Below, piece by piece: positions 12,076 to 26,136 of a DNA stretch of 64,000 bases. Under the pieces are notes generated by a model, which ran no database searches, was not told the DNA's origin, and saw nothing but the letters and a program-made list of their open reading frames with translations. Source of the stretch: Octopus sinensis (taxonomy: Eukaryota); contig NC_043007.1 of assembly GCF_006345805.1 (NCBI RefSeq), forward strand, positions 16,368,001 to 16,432,000, in the 5' to 3' direction. The position numbers and the translations under genes were made by a program. Positions within the stretch are counted from its first letter, which is position 1; each line of letters begins with the position of its first letter.

Positions 12076-13568
12076 CAACAAGCCATGCTCCAATACCATA
12101 TACTCCATTGTCCTCATCATCATTTAACGTTCGTCTTCCATGCTGGCTTCAGCTGGACAATTTGACAGGAGCTGGCAAGCCGGAGAGCTGCACCAGGATC
12201 CATTGTCTGTTTTGATACAGTTTCTGCAGCTGGATACCACTTTTCTAACGCCAGCCACTTAACGGAATGTACTAGGTGCTTTTTATGTGACACCAGCACA
12301 AGTGCTTTTTACAAGGAACTGACACCATATCAAAACTCTCCTTAATACATCAATACACTAATCTGTTCACAATTAGCTGTTCGCTAAAGTGACTCTCTGT
12401 ACTCGTGCAATGAGTATCGTGTACTCTGTGTAACAAGATACACCCTTCACTCACTCATGTACTCCTTAATAAGAAACTCGGTTTACATTCTCACATACAT
12501 ATTCTTTACTTGATTAAATTTCCGTTATTATATGTCTATCTATATTTAGATAAGTGCACTATATAGTGTCTGTTTGAAAGTGATGCTGGTGATGGTGGTG
12601 GGAAAATGAAGATGGTGATGTTGGCAATGAAGATAATGGCCAGGATGATGATGGTAGTGGTAGTGGTGGTGGTGGTGCTGCTGCTGCTGATGTTGGTGTT
12701 AATGATGGTTAGGAATGCAGTGGTGTTAGTGGCAGTGCTGACTGTGTTATCATCATCACCATCATCATAATAGAGGTGATGATAGTAGCAGTGATGGTGG
12801 TAAAGGTGGAAGCAAGTCACTCGTGATGACGATGATGATGATGGTGATGATAATGATTCCAATACAGGGATGGTGGATTAATGTTTGCGTATTTCCTGAA
12901 AAGATTGTTTGTTTCTTGTTTTTTTTTTGTTTTTTATATATGCTAACACATCTAAATATTATGAATTGCCTTTCTAACAAATAGAGAAATCATTGTCATA
13001 ATCATCATTATCATCATCATCACTATATTATTATTATCATTATTATTATTATTTATGTTGTTATTGTGCACATTATTTGCTGTTTCTTCTTCATTTTATC
13101 TTCCCCCCCCCTCTCTCTCTCCCACTCCGAGGGAGGCGTGTCTATCCATTCACACCTACACAACAATCCTTGGCTTTCAGGATAATTCCTGTCTAAACAA
13201 TTAGGTCAAACTCTGTTTGAGCTGCTCCGATGCCAATTTTCTTTGTTGCTGTTTTTGTTGCATTCATAGTTCACCCACATTGTTATTGTCATTATTAAAG
13301 AAATCATCATCATCATTATTATCATTATTATTATTATTATTATTTGTTGTTGTTAGTTTTTGGCAAAAATTTGAATAACATTAACAAGCTCAGAAAGCAA
13401 ACGTGTAAAGAATATCAATTGTTTTGGCTCTTCATTAAGACCCTAATTAAGTTTCTATTTTAAGAAATAAAGACTGTGAATCCCTAGCCTTCACAGACCC
13501 ATGGCCCTCTTCATAGTTATATAGCTCTATTCTTAAGGGTCGCTGTTACCAGTACCCTTTCTCTAACT

Positions 13569-13916
13569 CAGGGGTTCTCAACCATTTTTTAACTTATAGA
13601 TCCCTTTGATTACTATTTTATTCTGGTGGACCCCATTGCCATTCAATGTTTGAAAACTAGTTTTACAGAAATTACTTTTAAAATTCCTATTTTGTTCTTA
13701 ACACATTAACTTGTGTAGGTGGAGCTATGTAAAATGTTAGAGAAAGAAACCCAGCTGTTTCTTGCAATACATACCAGTACATACATTTAAAGCAGAATTT
13801 TTCCAGGGGTCCTTGAAATGCTGTTGTGATTTCCCAGTTTACTATTTTATTACATGGAACTCAAAAATCTTATAAGGACCCTTAGAAGCCATATGAACCT
13901 CGATTGAGAACTACTT
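13569..13916. mobile_element. hAT-type MITE, 348 bp
   Basis: 8-bp TSD ctctaact at 13561-68 and 13917-24. Imperfect TIRs caggggttctcaac / attgagaactactt. Confidence 0.8.
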
Positions 13917-14186
13917 CTCTAACTCATGCTAATCTTTAGTATTATAAACCAAATGTCACTCAACCTGCTAAAAATACGTCCAGATCACCCTTGAACCCCA
14001 CTTTTTTGTCATTTTGTCTTTTAAAAGAAAGAACACATTGGATAATATAAAAAGATAGGATTGCTTTAATAGGAATTAGGAATGGCATTAGGGCTGGTAA
14101 TAGCCTCAGCTGGAATACCTTCAGTCATAAGTCTGTCCGCTGGTTAAGGGCTGATCTGGGGTTAAATGACAGTAACTAGAAGAATT

Positions 14187-14500
14187 CTTTCTTTCTCGCC
14201 CTTTTCTAGCCTAGTCAGGCTCATGAACCCAGTTTCCCGATTTCTGTGGCGTATGTGTTCCCCCCAACTGGACGGGACACCAGTCTATTGCAGCATTACA
14301 CAAGAAACAGGAAGAGAGAGTGAGAGAAAGGTGGGGCGAAAGAGTACAACAGGGGTTGCTACCCACCCCCTGCCGGAGCCTTGTGGAGCTTTTAGGTGTT
14401 TTCGCTCAATAAACACACACAATACCCGGTCTAGGAATCGAAACTGCGATCCTCTGACCACGAGTCCGCTGCTCTAACCACTGGGCCATTGTGCCTCCAC
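14187..14500 (-). mobile_element. SINE family A (tail type 3)
   Basis: Head reverse-complemented at the right end. 13-bp TSD aactagaagaatt at 14174-86 and 14501-13. Confidence 0.85.
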
Positions 14501-14719
14501 AACTAGAAGAATTAGTCACACAACATTACAAGGCATAATAATACAGGAGATTTCAGTGAGTGGATGACAGCAAACTCAATGTCCTCCCAAGGTAGCTTCT
14601 TCATTTGCATGATCTTTTTTATCTATCTTAACTACCTTAGGGGGTCGGTTGCACTCAGTAGTAAGTACTAACTTACCTACTGGCTACAAGTTTGAAATAT
14701 TTACAATACCCCTACCCCT

Positions 14720-15220
14720 TTTATTTCCCTCTCTCTCTCTCTCTCTATGTCTTTGTCTAACTTTCTGTCAATCTTTCTGTCTATTTCTCCATCTCTATCT
14801 TTCTGTCTGTCTCTGTTTCTCTGTATCTCTGTCGCTCTTTGACTCTCTCTCTATCACTCTCTAACACTCTTTCTCTGTTGCTCTCTCTCTCTCTCTCACT
14901 CTGTCACTCTCTAAATCTCTCTCTGTCACTCTCTAACTCTCTCTCTCTTTGTCTTTCTCTGACTCCCTCCTTGTCCCTCTCTCTTATTGTCCCTCGGTCT
15001 TTCTTTGTCTGTTTCTTTCTTTCTCTGTCTATTTCTCTCTCTCTGTCTGTCGCTTTCTGTCTCTCTCTCTCTCTCTCTCTCACTGTCTCTTTCTGTCTAC
15101 CTCTCTCTCTCTTTCTCTGTCTACCTCTCTCTCTCTTTCTCTGTCCATCTCTCTCTCCTGTCTATCTATCTCTCCCTCTCTTTCTCTTTATCGCGCTGTC
15201 TGTCTCTCTATGTATCTCTC
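14720..15220. repeat. CT-rich polypyrimidine microsatellite tract
   Basis: Direct inspection. Confidence 0.95.
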
Positions 15221-15912
15221 TTTCATACATGCACTTTTTCTCTCCACCCTCCAATTTACACAGCATGTATTTATCTGATCCACCATCACCACCACCACCA
15301 CTACCCTCTTCTTTTGCACAGCCTTGCACTAATTTCAAGGCTGCTGAAGCTGACAAAGGTGCAAACAAACACCTTCCTGACATACCTTCAACAAAACAGC
15401 TACCTCACCTGCAACAACCATAATACCTGCGTTTACATACACATATAAGCACATGTTCACATAATTGCACTCCTGCACATATGTATAATCTAATCCCACC
15501 CCTATTATCCATGCATCCTTGCACTATTTTCAAGGCTGCTGCTGTTGCTATGATGATGGTGATGATGATGATGTCTACAAGCATCTTTCTGTCTACCTGT
15601 ATCCTGAATGAAACAGCTGCATCTCATGCAATTATAATAATAATAATAATAACACCTGCAGACAGGTGCAAGAATGCATATATGCATGCTCACACGTACA
15701 CTTGCATATATTTGTGTGTACATTTACATATATGCACATATACATATGTTTGTATGCATGTACACACACACAGATTCGTGTATAGACATGTACACAAATG
15801 TTACATGAACATGCTTACACATAGACATTCACATATACATACACGAGCATGTTACCTAGACATACCTATATCTGCACACACACATACACACACACACATA
15901 TAAACGTGTTTG

Positions 15913-15950
<38 letters not shown>

Positions 15951-16064
15951 ATATAAAATAATTCTTAATATTAAGAATATGTTGTCTGTTGACTATTTAT
16001 ACATGCTAGGCCACTGGTGGTGATATTTCTAAAGAATATTCACTACCCTATATATGTATATATA

Positions 16065-16106
<42 letters not shown>

Positions 16107-16112
16107 ATATAA

Positions 16113-16153
<41 letters not shown>

Positions 16154-16564
16154 TGCATCCATACATAAGCATGCATCTCTATATACACACATGCAGGCAC
16201 ACACATATACACACGCACACTTATACATTCTCACATGCACACACACACATACACACGCGTGCATATACACATACACAAACTCATACATGCATACACTGAG
16301 ATAACAAGAAAGTTTTTATTCTTCCCCCCCATAGTGCCAGCTCCTAACCTGTTGTTTATTTATCTACATACCTGTGGCTATATATAATCATCAATCTCGT
16401 TGCTATACACCTCAGTCTAGAGATTATCAGGGTTAACCTCCTTCCTCCTTGTTGTTGTTGTTTAACACAAGGTCGACTCTCATCAAGAAGACCTATGATC
16501 AAAATATTCAAACCATGACCATTTTGCCTTTGGATTGTTAGTGTTATTATTTCAACTATCCTTT

Positions 16565-17064
16565 TTTTTAACACAAGGATTTGGTTAAAAAGAAAAATAG
16601 TGATATGTAGAGCAGTGATAAACAAGTCATCTCCATGTACTTTGTAAATTAAGAAGATGGTAAATTCCTTGACACCAACCTCGCAGCCCACAGAAGCGAA
16701 GCCTTTGGAGAAATGGCTAGGATTTTTCATATTATTATTACATCTATCCATGTTTAACACAGAAATTTGATTTTTAAAAAATGATAAATAGATAAATCAG
16801 TGTTAAATGAGTCGTTTCCATGCACTTTGTAAATGAAACAAATGGTAGTCATTGACACCAAACTTGCAGGGAACAACAGTGAAGATCTTTGTAGAAATAG
16901 CTAGGACTGTTAATATTATTATCAAATATGTCCTTGTTTAATACAGTGATTTTGTTAAAACAAATAGTGATAAATGAGTCATCTCCATGCACTTTGTAAA
17001 TGAAACAAATGGTTGATTCATTGATACCAAACCTGCAGGCCACAACTGTGAAGCTTCCACTGTC

Positions 17065-17066
<2 letters not shown>
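16565..17066. repeat. Old degenerate tandem triplication, units of about 170-190 bp
   Basis: Anchor gtc(a/g)t(c/t)tccatg(t/c)actttgtaaat at 16626, 16811 and 16978. Confidence 0.75.
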
Positions 17067-17103
<37 letters not shown>

Positions 17104-18675
17104 CATACATATATACGATAGGCTTCTTTCAGTTTCTGTCTACCAAATCCACTCACAAGGCTTTGGTCGGCCTGAGGCTATAGTAGAAGACACTTACCCA
17201 AGGTTCCACACAGTGGGACTGAACCCAGAACTATGTGGTTCGTAAGCAAGCTACTTACCACACAGCCACTCTTACGCCTGTACTTGCTTTTTTTAAGTGT
17301 TCTTTCCTTTTTTAAATGGGTTGAGTGAAATTTGAAGTAGTTTTGGTTGTGTGCAACTTGCTTACTTCTGCCTACCAATTTTTTTCTTATGTGACCATTT
17401 CAAAGCATTGGAACCCTTGAATAGTGTCAAGTTTAAAAGCAAGACACTGGTGCTATAATGTTAACATTCCTCACTTAAACTCCGTTATTTGTTTGAGCCA
17501 GGATCAAGTAGCTACCGGTAGCATCGACCTCTGTGTCCGCAAGTATTTTACGGTGAAATTGTTTTGAAATTTGTGTTTCAGCTCTCTACAGGTCCTAACC
17601 TGATATTTAAAGGTTTGGAATTTGATGATTGAGCACTGCTCTTTGAACGCTGATGATTTCACATGATTGAGTGGACATTCAACCTGTTTTTTGGTAACCG
17701 TACGCTTTTGGCACTGGAGGCAAATACACAAACACATGTGCAGAAATATATACATACAAGTAGAAAAATTGAGGCAGAGAGAGAGAGAGGAAGAGACATT
17801 ATACATACATACTAACATAACTTGATGTTCACATGTATGAACAGAGGGAGAGAAAGGAGAGCCATGGAGAAAACAAATGAAATGTTAAAATGTCCCAATC
17901 TGAAATACCAAACTCTCGGAGTGGTTGGTGTTAGGAAGGGCATCCAGCTGTAGAAACACTGCCAGATCTGACTGGCCTGGTGCAGCCTTCGGGCTTGCCA
18001 GACCCCAGTTGAACCGTCCAACCCATGCTAGCATGGAAAGCGGACGTTTAACGATGATGATGATGATGATGATGGCACCAAAACAGCTGTGCCAAAATGT
18101 CTCTTGGTAGCGGTTTATTTGACAGCATGCTTTTTATCTCATTGATTTTTAAAAATCAATTTGTCAATACATTTTTGATCTCATTGATTTTTAAAAAGAA
18201 TGAAATAATACCATATATGATTACCACTGTTTAGAAATTTTAAGAACTTCATAATAAGGAAGCAATACCAATAAACGATTAAGTATGTGCATTCTATATA
18301 TCTTTTACCTTTTTCATCATCATCATCATCATCATCCTTTTACATCCATTTTCCTTGCTGGCATGAGTTAGATGGTTTAACAGGAGCTGAAAAGCCAGAG
18401 AGCTGCACCAAACTCCAATTGTCTGTTTTGGCAAAGTTTCTATGGCTGGATGCCCTTCCTAATGCCAACCACTTTACAGAGCGTACACAGTACTTTTTAT
18501 ATGTGGCACCAGCACAGGCATGGCACATGTGGACTTTACAAATTTTTTACCTTATTCCTTAATTTCAGATGCAAACTTTTAATCACACCAAAATTTATGA
18601 AGTGATTATCTCCTTTGTATTAACTGTCTGCTAGGAGACACTGTATGTTTAGTATAAATACATCAGCAACATCAG

Positions 18676-19055
18676 TGGAGGCGCAATGGCCCAGTGGTTA
18701 GGGCAGCAGACTCGTGGTCGGAGGATCGCGGTTTCAATTCCCAGACCGGGCGTTGTGAGTGTTTATTGAGCGAAAACACCTAAAGCTCCATGAGGCTCCG
18801 GCAGGGGGTGGTGGCGACCCCTGTTGTAGTCTTTCGCTCCAACTTTCTCTCACTCTTTCTTCCTGTTTCTTGTCCCCGACTTCCTACGCAAGCGCTGAGC
18901 CTGGATGCGCATTCATCCATCCGTCGATGCTCTCAGTATTGAGGATTAACCTGCTTTCTCTTCTGCGGGTCTTACGAATAGCAAAGGACCACGTTTCAGA
19001 CTTCTCCCACTACACTCTGGGACGAAGACCACTTCACTCAGCAAACAAATAAACA
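18676..19055 (+). mobile_element. SINE family A (tail type 2)
   Basis: Same head with a different 3' module. 13-bp TSD atcagcaacatca at 18662-74 and 19056-68. Confidence 0.8.
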
Positions 19056-20857
19056 ATCAGCAACATCAACAACAACAGTAAGTAAAGTACTGACCTTGAG
19101 TCCTAAGACTCTTAGAGCTAGTTACCTTCTTCCCATGGCTTATAAATGAGATAACAACATTCCCCCTAAACAGGATACCGGTCCATCACAGGGTGGCCCA
19201 TTTGCAGCTGAGCAGACAGGAGCCTTATGAAATGAAGTGTTTTGCACAAAAACACAACACTCTTCCCAGCTGGGAATTGAAACTGCGTTCTTACGATCAT
19301 GAGCTAACACTCTAACCACTGGGCCACATGCTTTCTTCATACAGTGACAGTAGCAATAACAAAGTTTCATTTAGTCAAGTTTTGCCATAAGGATTTTAAA
19401 ACATGGTTTGATTTCTATAACAAAGACAACCTCAGCCAGACAAACATAGAAAAGTATGGGGAAATGTTGAAAAGCAAAGTAAAAACAATTGAGGGATTAG
19501 TAAAATGTTTGATTGTCAGGTCGGCAGCAGTTCAAATATTTTGGTCTTTAGTTGACTTGTTGATTGGTTCATTGAACAGATCTTTCTTTGAGGTCAAATA
19601 TCCAACAGATCATTGTCACCCCCCCTTCTCTCTCTCTCTCTCTCTCTCATACACACACACACTATCATTATTGGTTCATGGGATTTAATTCTATATTGAG
19701 TCATATCTCTCTCTCGTGTATTTTGTCATTCACATATCTCTCTGTGTTTGTATATATATTTATGTGTGTGTGTATATATATATATAAAACACATACACAG
19801 CTATATACGCACAAATACATATATATGTTTGTGTGTGCGTGAGTGTGTGTTTGTATGTATAACACACACACACACTCATACCCACACACAAAGACACACA
19901 CAGATATATATGTCATCAGGCTTTGCTAAGTTTCTAGGCTACTAATAACCTGCTATTATATAACAAAAGTCGGTGTCCCAACTGCCTGTTTCACTGTTAG
20001 AGGTTACCATCAGCCAGCAGCAGTCTATTCTAGTTTCATATTCAGGAGCTAAATAAATACAACAAAGTTGTTCTCATTGAAAGCCAAAGAATTTATTCTT
20101 TTCTTCTCTTTTGTACTGTTTTTTTTTTTTGTTTTGTGTTTAAAATAATACACAGGTGAGCTCAGAGGTTAACTCGTTTCATTACAAGGTGTTAAATGAC
20201 AGTTTAGTGCAGAAAATGTAAGATAAAGGTGGTCCAGAAGTGTGTTAGTAGTGCACTGTATAAATAGTCTTTATTTCAGTCTACCAATGTTTGTTTACTA
20301 GCTGACCCCACCCGTGCCGTAAAAAATGACAGCTAATTGTAGTATTTTATATATATAAGTATGGATGGTAAATCAAATTAACACATTTGTCAATGTTACC
20401 TGGTGATTGTCTTTTGAGATGTGACATGCATCGTCGTTGGTTACTGCAAGAACACTGCTTCACACATACAAACATTCACATACTTCCCTTGCACACGCAC
20501 ACACACATATACTCATGGAGTTGAAACGCTGTTTGATTTTTCTTTTTAGCGTTGAATGTTCACCATCCCACTACCATTGCACATACAAACACACACACTT
20601 ACACACAAACGTTCAAATACTTCCCTTTTACATACACTCACACATACTCACACAGCGTTGAAACGCTCCCACTACCAGTATGCCATCACCCCTTCCTTCC
20701 TTACTCATCTATCACTCCTTCCTTTCTCATTCATATGTTGTGACAGAGAAAAACACAACAGTATTACTATAGTAGATTCTATGGAAGGTAGTGGGTGGCA
20801 GAATCAGTAGAGCAATGTACAAAATTCCTTGTGGTATTTAGTTATGTTCATTTACAT

Positions 20858-21653
20858 CAGTGCTTCTCAACTGGGGTTGATATATAACCCTTAAGGGTCC
20901 ATATAAGATTTTGTTAAAATTTATGTGCAAGAAATTGCTTACATTTCTATAATACACAAATGTATTTTATTGGGTTGTCCAGAAAGTTCATGCCGATTTA
21001 TAGTAGCTTACCTTTTGACCTATTTTAGAACATGGTTGAGTCCATAAAATAGGATTTGACTACACTTCCATTTAGAGCACAGTTTAAGCTATCTTTTCGT
21101 GGAAGGTTTATGTTCCTATAACCTGTGTTAATTCTGTAACCCTTTAAAATGGAAGATAAGGAAGTTCATTTTCGGCACTTGATGCTTTGGGAGCCAGACA
21201 AAAATTGCTGCAGCTCGGCTGGGATGTGTTATCCCACCCTCCATATTCACCAGATATTGCTCCTTCGGATTTCCACTTATTCAGGCCTCTGCAGAATAGT
21301 CTTAATGGTAAAAATTTCAATTCCTTGGATGATGTAAAAAGATACCTTGATGAATTCTTTTCCATGAAACCACCTCAATTCTGGGAAGAGGGTATTTTCA
21401 AATTGAAAGAAAGATGGAGACGCATTGTGCAACAATATAGTTCATATTTGGTTGATTAAAAATGTAATGGCAAGCATTTATTGACCTTTTTCTTGCCTTT
21501 AAAAATTGGCATGAACTTTCCGGACAACTCAATAGTTTTTTTTTTTATATAATCCCGAATAATATTTGTTTATATAAATACTGTAGAATTTTTTCACATG
21601 GCTAAGGAGGTCCAGTAGAGTAAAATTGGACCAAAACTGGTTGAGAACCATGG
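20858..21653. mobile_element. hAT-type MITE hosting the mariner derivative
   Basis: 8-bp TSD atttacat at 20850-57 and 21654-61. Ends cagtgcttctcaac / gttgagaaccatgg. Related to 13569-13916. Confidence 0.75.
20970..21532 (+). mobile_element. Internally deleted mariner (Tc1/mariner D34D-type) transposon, 563 bp
   Basis: TA TSDs at 20968-69 and 21533-34. Roughly 30-bp TIRs ttgggttgtccagaaagttcatgccgatt / aattggcatgaactttccggacaactcaa. N-terminal remnant MEDKEVHFRHLMLWE (21149-93) is fused to the C-terminal QKLLQLGWDVLSHPPYSPDIAPSDFHLF...W..IVQQYSSYLVD (to 21459). Confidence 0.93.
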
Positions 21654-23929
21654 ATTTACATTCTCTGTGAAGGTGCAATGGCCTAGTGGTTAGGGTGTTT
21701 TGTTCACAATTTTGTGATCGTGGTTTCAATTCCCAGAATAGGTGGTGCATTGTATTCTTGAGCAAAACACTTCATTTCATGTTGTTTTAATCCCCTCAAC
21801 TGTGAATGAGTAATCCTGCTATGGACTGGTGTCTCATTCAAGAGGAATGCTGTGATCTTGGTCACTTATACACTATGGAACGTGGGTAACTGGCTTCATG
21901 AGTCCTAAAACTCAAAACACTGATGTCCAAGGGTTGATGATGATGCTGACATTCTGAGTTCAAATCCCAACCAATTCAACTTTATTTTGTGATAAAACAA
22001 GAAGCAATCAGATACTTGGGTCAAATTAAACAATTAGACTTCTTCCATGAAAAGATCCTGGTATTGTACCTATATTGGTCCCAAATTTTAGCACATGGCC
22101 TGCAATTTTGGAGAAGGGGCTACCTTGATTACAAGAACTCTAGTGCACAACTAGTACTTATTTTATTGACCCTGAAAGGCTGAAAAGCAAAGTCAAACCC
22201 AGCAAAATCTGAATTTGGAACATAAAGTCAAAAGAAATACTGCTAAGCATTTTTCCCAGGACAGAATCAATTCTTCCAAAAGTCATTGCTTATCTGTTAC
22301 TTCATTCAAATCTCGTCAGGACCAAACTTGTTTTTCACTATCCTTCATAATTATTCTGAGTTAATTTTGAGATAAATATCAATCGTATACTGGAGTCAAC
22401 TCAATCGTATGCTCAGCTACAGTTCTGTGGTAATTTACCAAAACCGATCTTTATTCACCACAAAATTAACAGAATGAAGCCATATCTGAATTTTTATTAT
22501 ATTCATGAAATTCCATTAACAAGTGAGTCATGCTACATATAATATTCATCAGAGTTCTCTTTAGTCTCATGGGACAATGGCTTGGTGTTTCCATCATCTG
22601 CACCATGTTGCAGTTGGAGGAATTTTTAATTCAAAGTGTGATTCTCATCATCATCAGAAATGTCTGTAATCTTATTGGTTGTTGAGAATCATTACTGAAG
22701 GATTGGACTTCATGTGGCAGCAATGGCTGTGTGGGTAAGAAGTTTGCTTCCCAACCACATGATTTTTCAGTTCAGTCCCACTGCCTGGTACCTTGGACAA
22801 ATGTCCTTTTACTATAACCCCAAGAGAACCAAAGCCTTGTGAGATTTGTTGGATGGAAACTGGAAGTGGCCTGTCATACACACACACACACATACATGCA
22901 CATACATACACACACAGATGTGATGTATGTGTGTGTCCCCTTGTTTTGACATTGCATAATCATGGCACTCTGTCAGTTACAACGACAAGGGTTCCAGTTG
23001 ATCTGATCAACGGAAGAGCCTGCTCATGAAATTAACGCGCAAGTGGCTGAGCACTCCATAGACATGTGTACCCTTAACGTAGTTCTCGGAGAGGTTCAGC
23101 ATGACACAGAGTGTGACAAGGCTGGCCCTTTGAAATACAGGTACAACAGAAACAGGAGGAAAGAGTGAGAGGAAGTTGTGGTGAAAGAGTACAGGGTCTG
23201 GGAAGTCAGGAGGCTGCACCAGGCTCCAGTCTGATCTGGCAGTGTTTCTACAGCTGGATGCCCTTCCTAATGCCAACCACTCCGTGAGTGTAGTGGTGCT
23301 TTTTACATGCCACCAGCACAGGTGCCAGGGGAGGCTAGCAATGGCCACGATCAGTTGGTGCTTTTTACGTGCCACTGGCACGGAAGCCAGTCAAGGCGGT
23401 GCTGGCATCGGCCACATACGGATGGTGCTTTTAATGTGCCACCAGCACAGGTATCACAACTACAATTTCCATTTGATTTTTTTTTATACAAGTATACACT
23501 CACACACACACACATACACACACTCATGATGGGCTTCTTTCAGTTTCTGTCAACTAAGTTCAGTTTCAAGAATTTGCTTGGTTGTCTGTTTATATATAAC
23601 CACCTGATGATCACTGTGGCATGAAACTCAAGTCACAGGAAAGAAATCCAGTTTAATATATACATTTCTATATAATTAAGTTCTGAAATTATAGTGTTAA
23701 TTCTGTTTCCACTGTCCTGGATTTAACTAGATGTGACCACTGTTGCATGACTGTAGCTTGTATCTACTGACTTATATTCTGACGTCTTGCTTTGTTCTGA
23801 AAATACACAGTTTACTTAATTAGACAATAGTTTTCACTGTACCAAGACTTTATTACTGTCCAAATGTATTTGTGCATAATGTGTAGGTATCTGATATGGT
23901 CTTCTACTTTTCTGCCGGTCACTGTCTAT

Positions 23930-24780
23930 CTCTCCTCTTCACACACACACATATATACACACATGTACTTTCAGTTATTCACCATTTCTATCCTTCCATC
24001 TTCCTCTCTGGATTTCTTTGCATTTATTCATCTTCAATCTACTCTCTCTCTCTCTCTCTGTCACATACTCTCTCACACTCTCTCTGCCACACTCTCTCTC
24101 TCACTCTCTCTCGTACTCTCTCTCTCTCACACTCTCTCTCACATGCACTCTCTCTCTCTCTCGCACTCTCTCTCTCTCGCACTCTCTCTCACATGCACTC
24201 TCTCTCACATACACTCTCTCTCTCATGCACTCTCTCTCACGCACTCTCTCTCTCTCACACTCTCTCTCTCACACTCTCTCTCGCACACTCTCTCTCACAC
24301 ACACTCTCTCTCGCACACTCTCTCTCTCTCACACACACTCTCTCTCTCTCTCACACTCTCTCTCTCACACACTCTCTCTCTTATGCACTCTCTCTCACAC
24401 ACTCTCTCTCACACACTCTCTCTCGCACTCTCTCTCTCTCTCGCACTCTCTCTCTCTTGCACACTCTCTCTCTCGCACACTCTCTCTCTCTCTCTTGCAC
24501 ACTCTCTCTCTCGCACACTCTCTCTCTCTCTCGCACACTCTCTCGCACACACTCTCTCGCACACACTCTCTCTTTCACACACTCTCTCTCTCACACTCTC
24601 TCTCACACTCTCTCTCTCTCTCATGCACTCTCTCTCATGCACTCTCTCTCACATACTCTCTCTCTCACACACTCTCTATCACATTCTCTCTCTCACAAAC
24701 TCTCTCTCTCACACTCTCTCTCTCTCTCTCTCTCACACACACTTTCTCATACTCTCTCTCTCTCTCATACACATACTTTC
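23930..24780. repeat. (CT)n/(CA)n compound microsatellite, about 850 bp
   Basis: Direct inspection; it explains the 283-347 aa S/L/H/T ORFs. Confidence 0.97.
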
Positions 24781-24876
24781 ACTGTTACCCTCTACCCCCT
24801 CACTCTCCCCTTCATATGTTTACTACATACCAACATTCAAATGTATATATTGCCACATGTCCTGCATAATTGCATG

Positions 24877-24998
24877 TGAGGGGGTGCTGAAAAGTTCCTG
24901 GCTTTGAATTAAAGAAAATACAGGAGAATCAGTTAATCATGATTTTATTCACCATATTCCCCTCTCAGATTCACACACTTATTACAGCAGTCCTCCAG
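24877..24998 (+). mobile_element. Terminal fragment of a second mariner-like element
   Basis: Starts tgagggggtgctgaaaagttcctggc, resembling Hsmar2/irritans-type TIRs (CGAGGG...AAAAGTT) as I recall them. No matching right end seen. Confidence 0.4.
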
Positions 24999-25516
24999 AC
25001 ATTTGTACTACAGAGCCAGAGGTGGTTTCAGCAGGGTTGGTATCAAAAGGGTTAAGATGCTTTTATAGGAATATCAAATGGACCCAAGTATTTGGCTGGT
25101 ATTTTGTTTCTTCGAACCCAAAAGAAAAACCTGAATACTAAAGTTGACTTTTGCCGGATTTAAGCTAAATCCTGCTAAATGGTTATAATGGAATACCACA
25201 GGTATTTTGTTCAATCACTCTAATGATGGTTTTGTACTCTGGTATTTAAACTAAAAAGACGAGCTAGCAGAAGCGTTAGCACGCCGGGCGAAATGCTTTG
25301 CGGTACTTCGTCTGCCGTTACGTTGTGAGTTCAAATTCCACCGAGGTCGACTTTGCCTTTCATCCTTTCGGGGTCGATAAATTAAGTACCAGTTACGCAC
25401 TGGAGTCGATGTAATCGACATAATACCTATGTCTGTCCTTGTTTGTCCCCTCTATGTTTAGCCCCTTGTGGGTAATAAAGAAATAGGTATTTAAACTAAG
25501 AAACTAAATACTTTAA

Positions 25517-25734
25517 CTCCATAGCATTTAAAGCAGCCACATCTATCTCAGATATTCTGTATGTTTTATATTCAAACTGGCTCTATCTGGTTTCTCATAC
25601 CTACCCTACAATGTCACTCTGAATATATGCAGTCACATCATCAAAATCTCAAAGCTGAGATTATACATGATTAATTCAAAACAATGTGAGTAAATAAGCA
25701 TTATATTTGACATAGTAATCTGAATGCTAAAGGG
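25517..25734. mobile_element. piggyBac-like MITE (family P1)
   Basis: TTAA|ctccatagcatt ... aatgctaaaggg|TTAA. Homologous to the reverse complement of 57151-57371. Confidence 0.7.
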
Positions 25735-26103
25735 TTAAATCACTTTTCCATGTAATTATACACGAATAAATCTCTTTGGCTCTGCATACATACATACTCA
25801 CATACATTCATACATGCATGCATACATACATATAAAACATCTAATGTCTTCAACAACAACAAAAATTTTTCTCAATGTAAACCATGAATGATGTAAAGAA
25901 TTTTAGTAAGTTCTTGGATTGTAAGTCTGTTGCTATGGAAATTCAATTCTGAAAATGTTATTTCCATCCAGCTAAGAGCGATAACATTAATAATTTTTAC
26001 AAAATCTCTAAATGAGAATTTTCGGTAAAGCTGAGATTCATGACTTCTATGCAGTTATGCTTTCACAGATATGGTTTCTTCAGTGAACTATAAGAATGTT
26101 TTA

Positions 26104-26136
<33 letters not shown>

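Noticed and set aside
17504-17818. 104-aa minus-strand ORF after a cag acceptor-like site
   Set aside because: No known motif and no clear donor; the other frames are closed.
19344-19688. 114-aa ORF with an acceptor-like site before it
   Set aside because: No recognisable domain, and the pyrimidine run comes from an adjacent SINE end.
20297-20360. Possible mini-Helitron end (cacgggt...CTAG on the minus strand)
   Set aside because: Too short and lacking a clear hairpin or second copy to support a call.
23604-23634. CTGATGA...GAAACTCAAGTC hammerhead-like string
   Set aside because: The core and stem III fit, but stems I and II do not pair; at best a heavily decayed remnant.
23864-24907. ORFs of 283-347 aa rich in S/L/H/T
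   Set aside because: They are translations of a (CT)/(CA) microsatellite that lacks stop codons; no splice or domain evidence.
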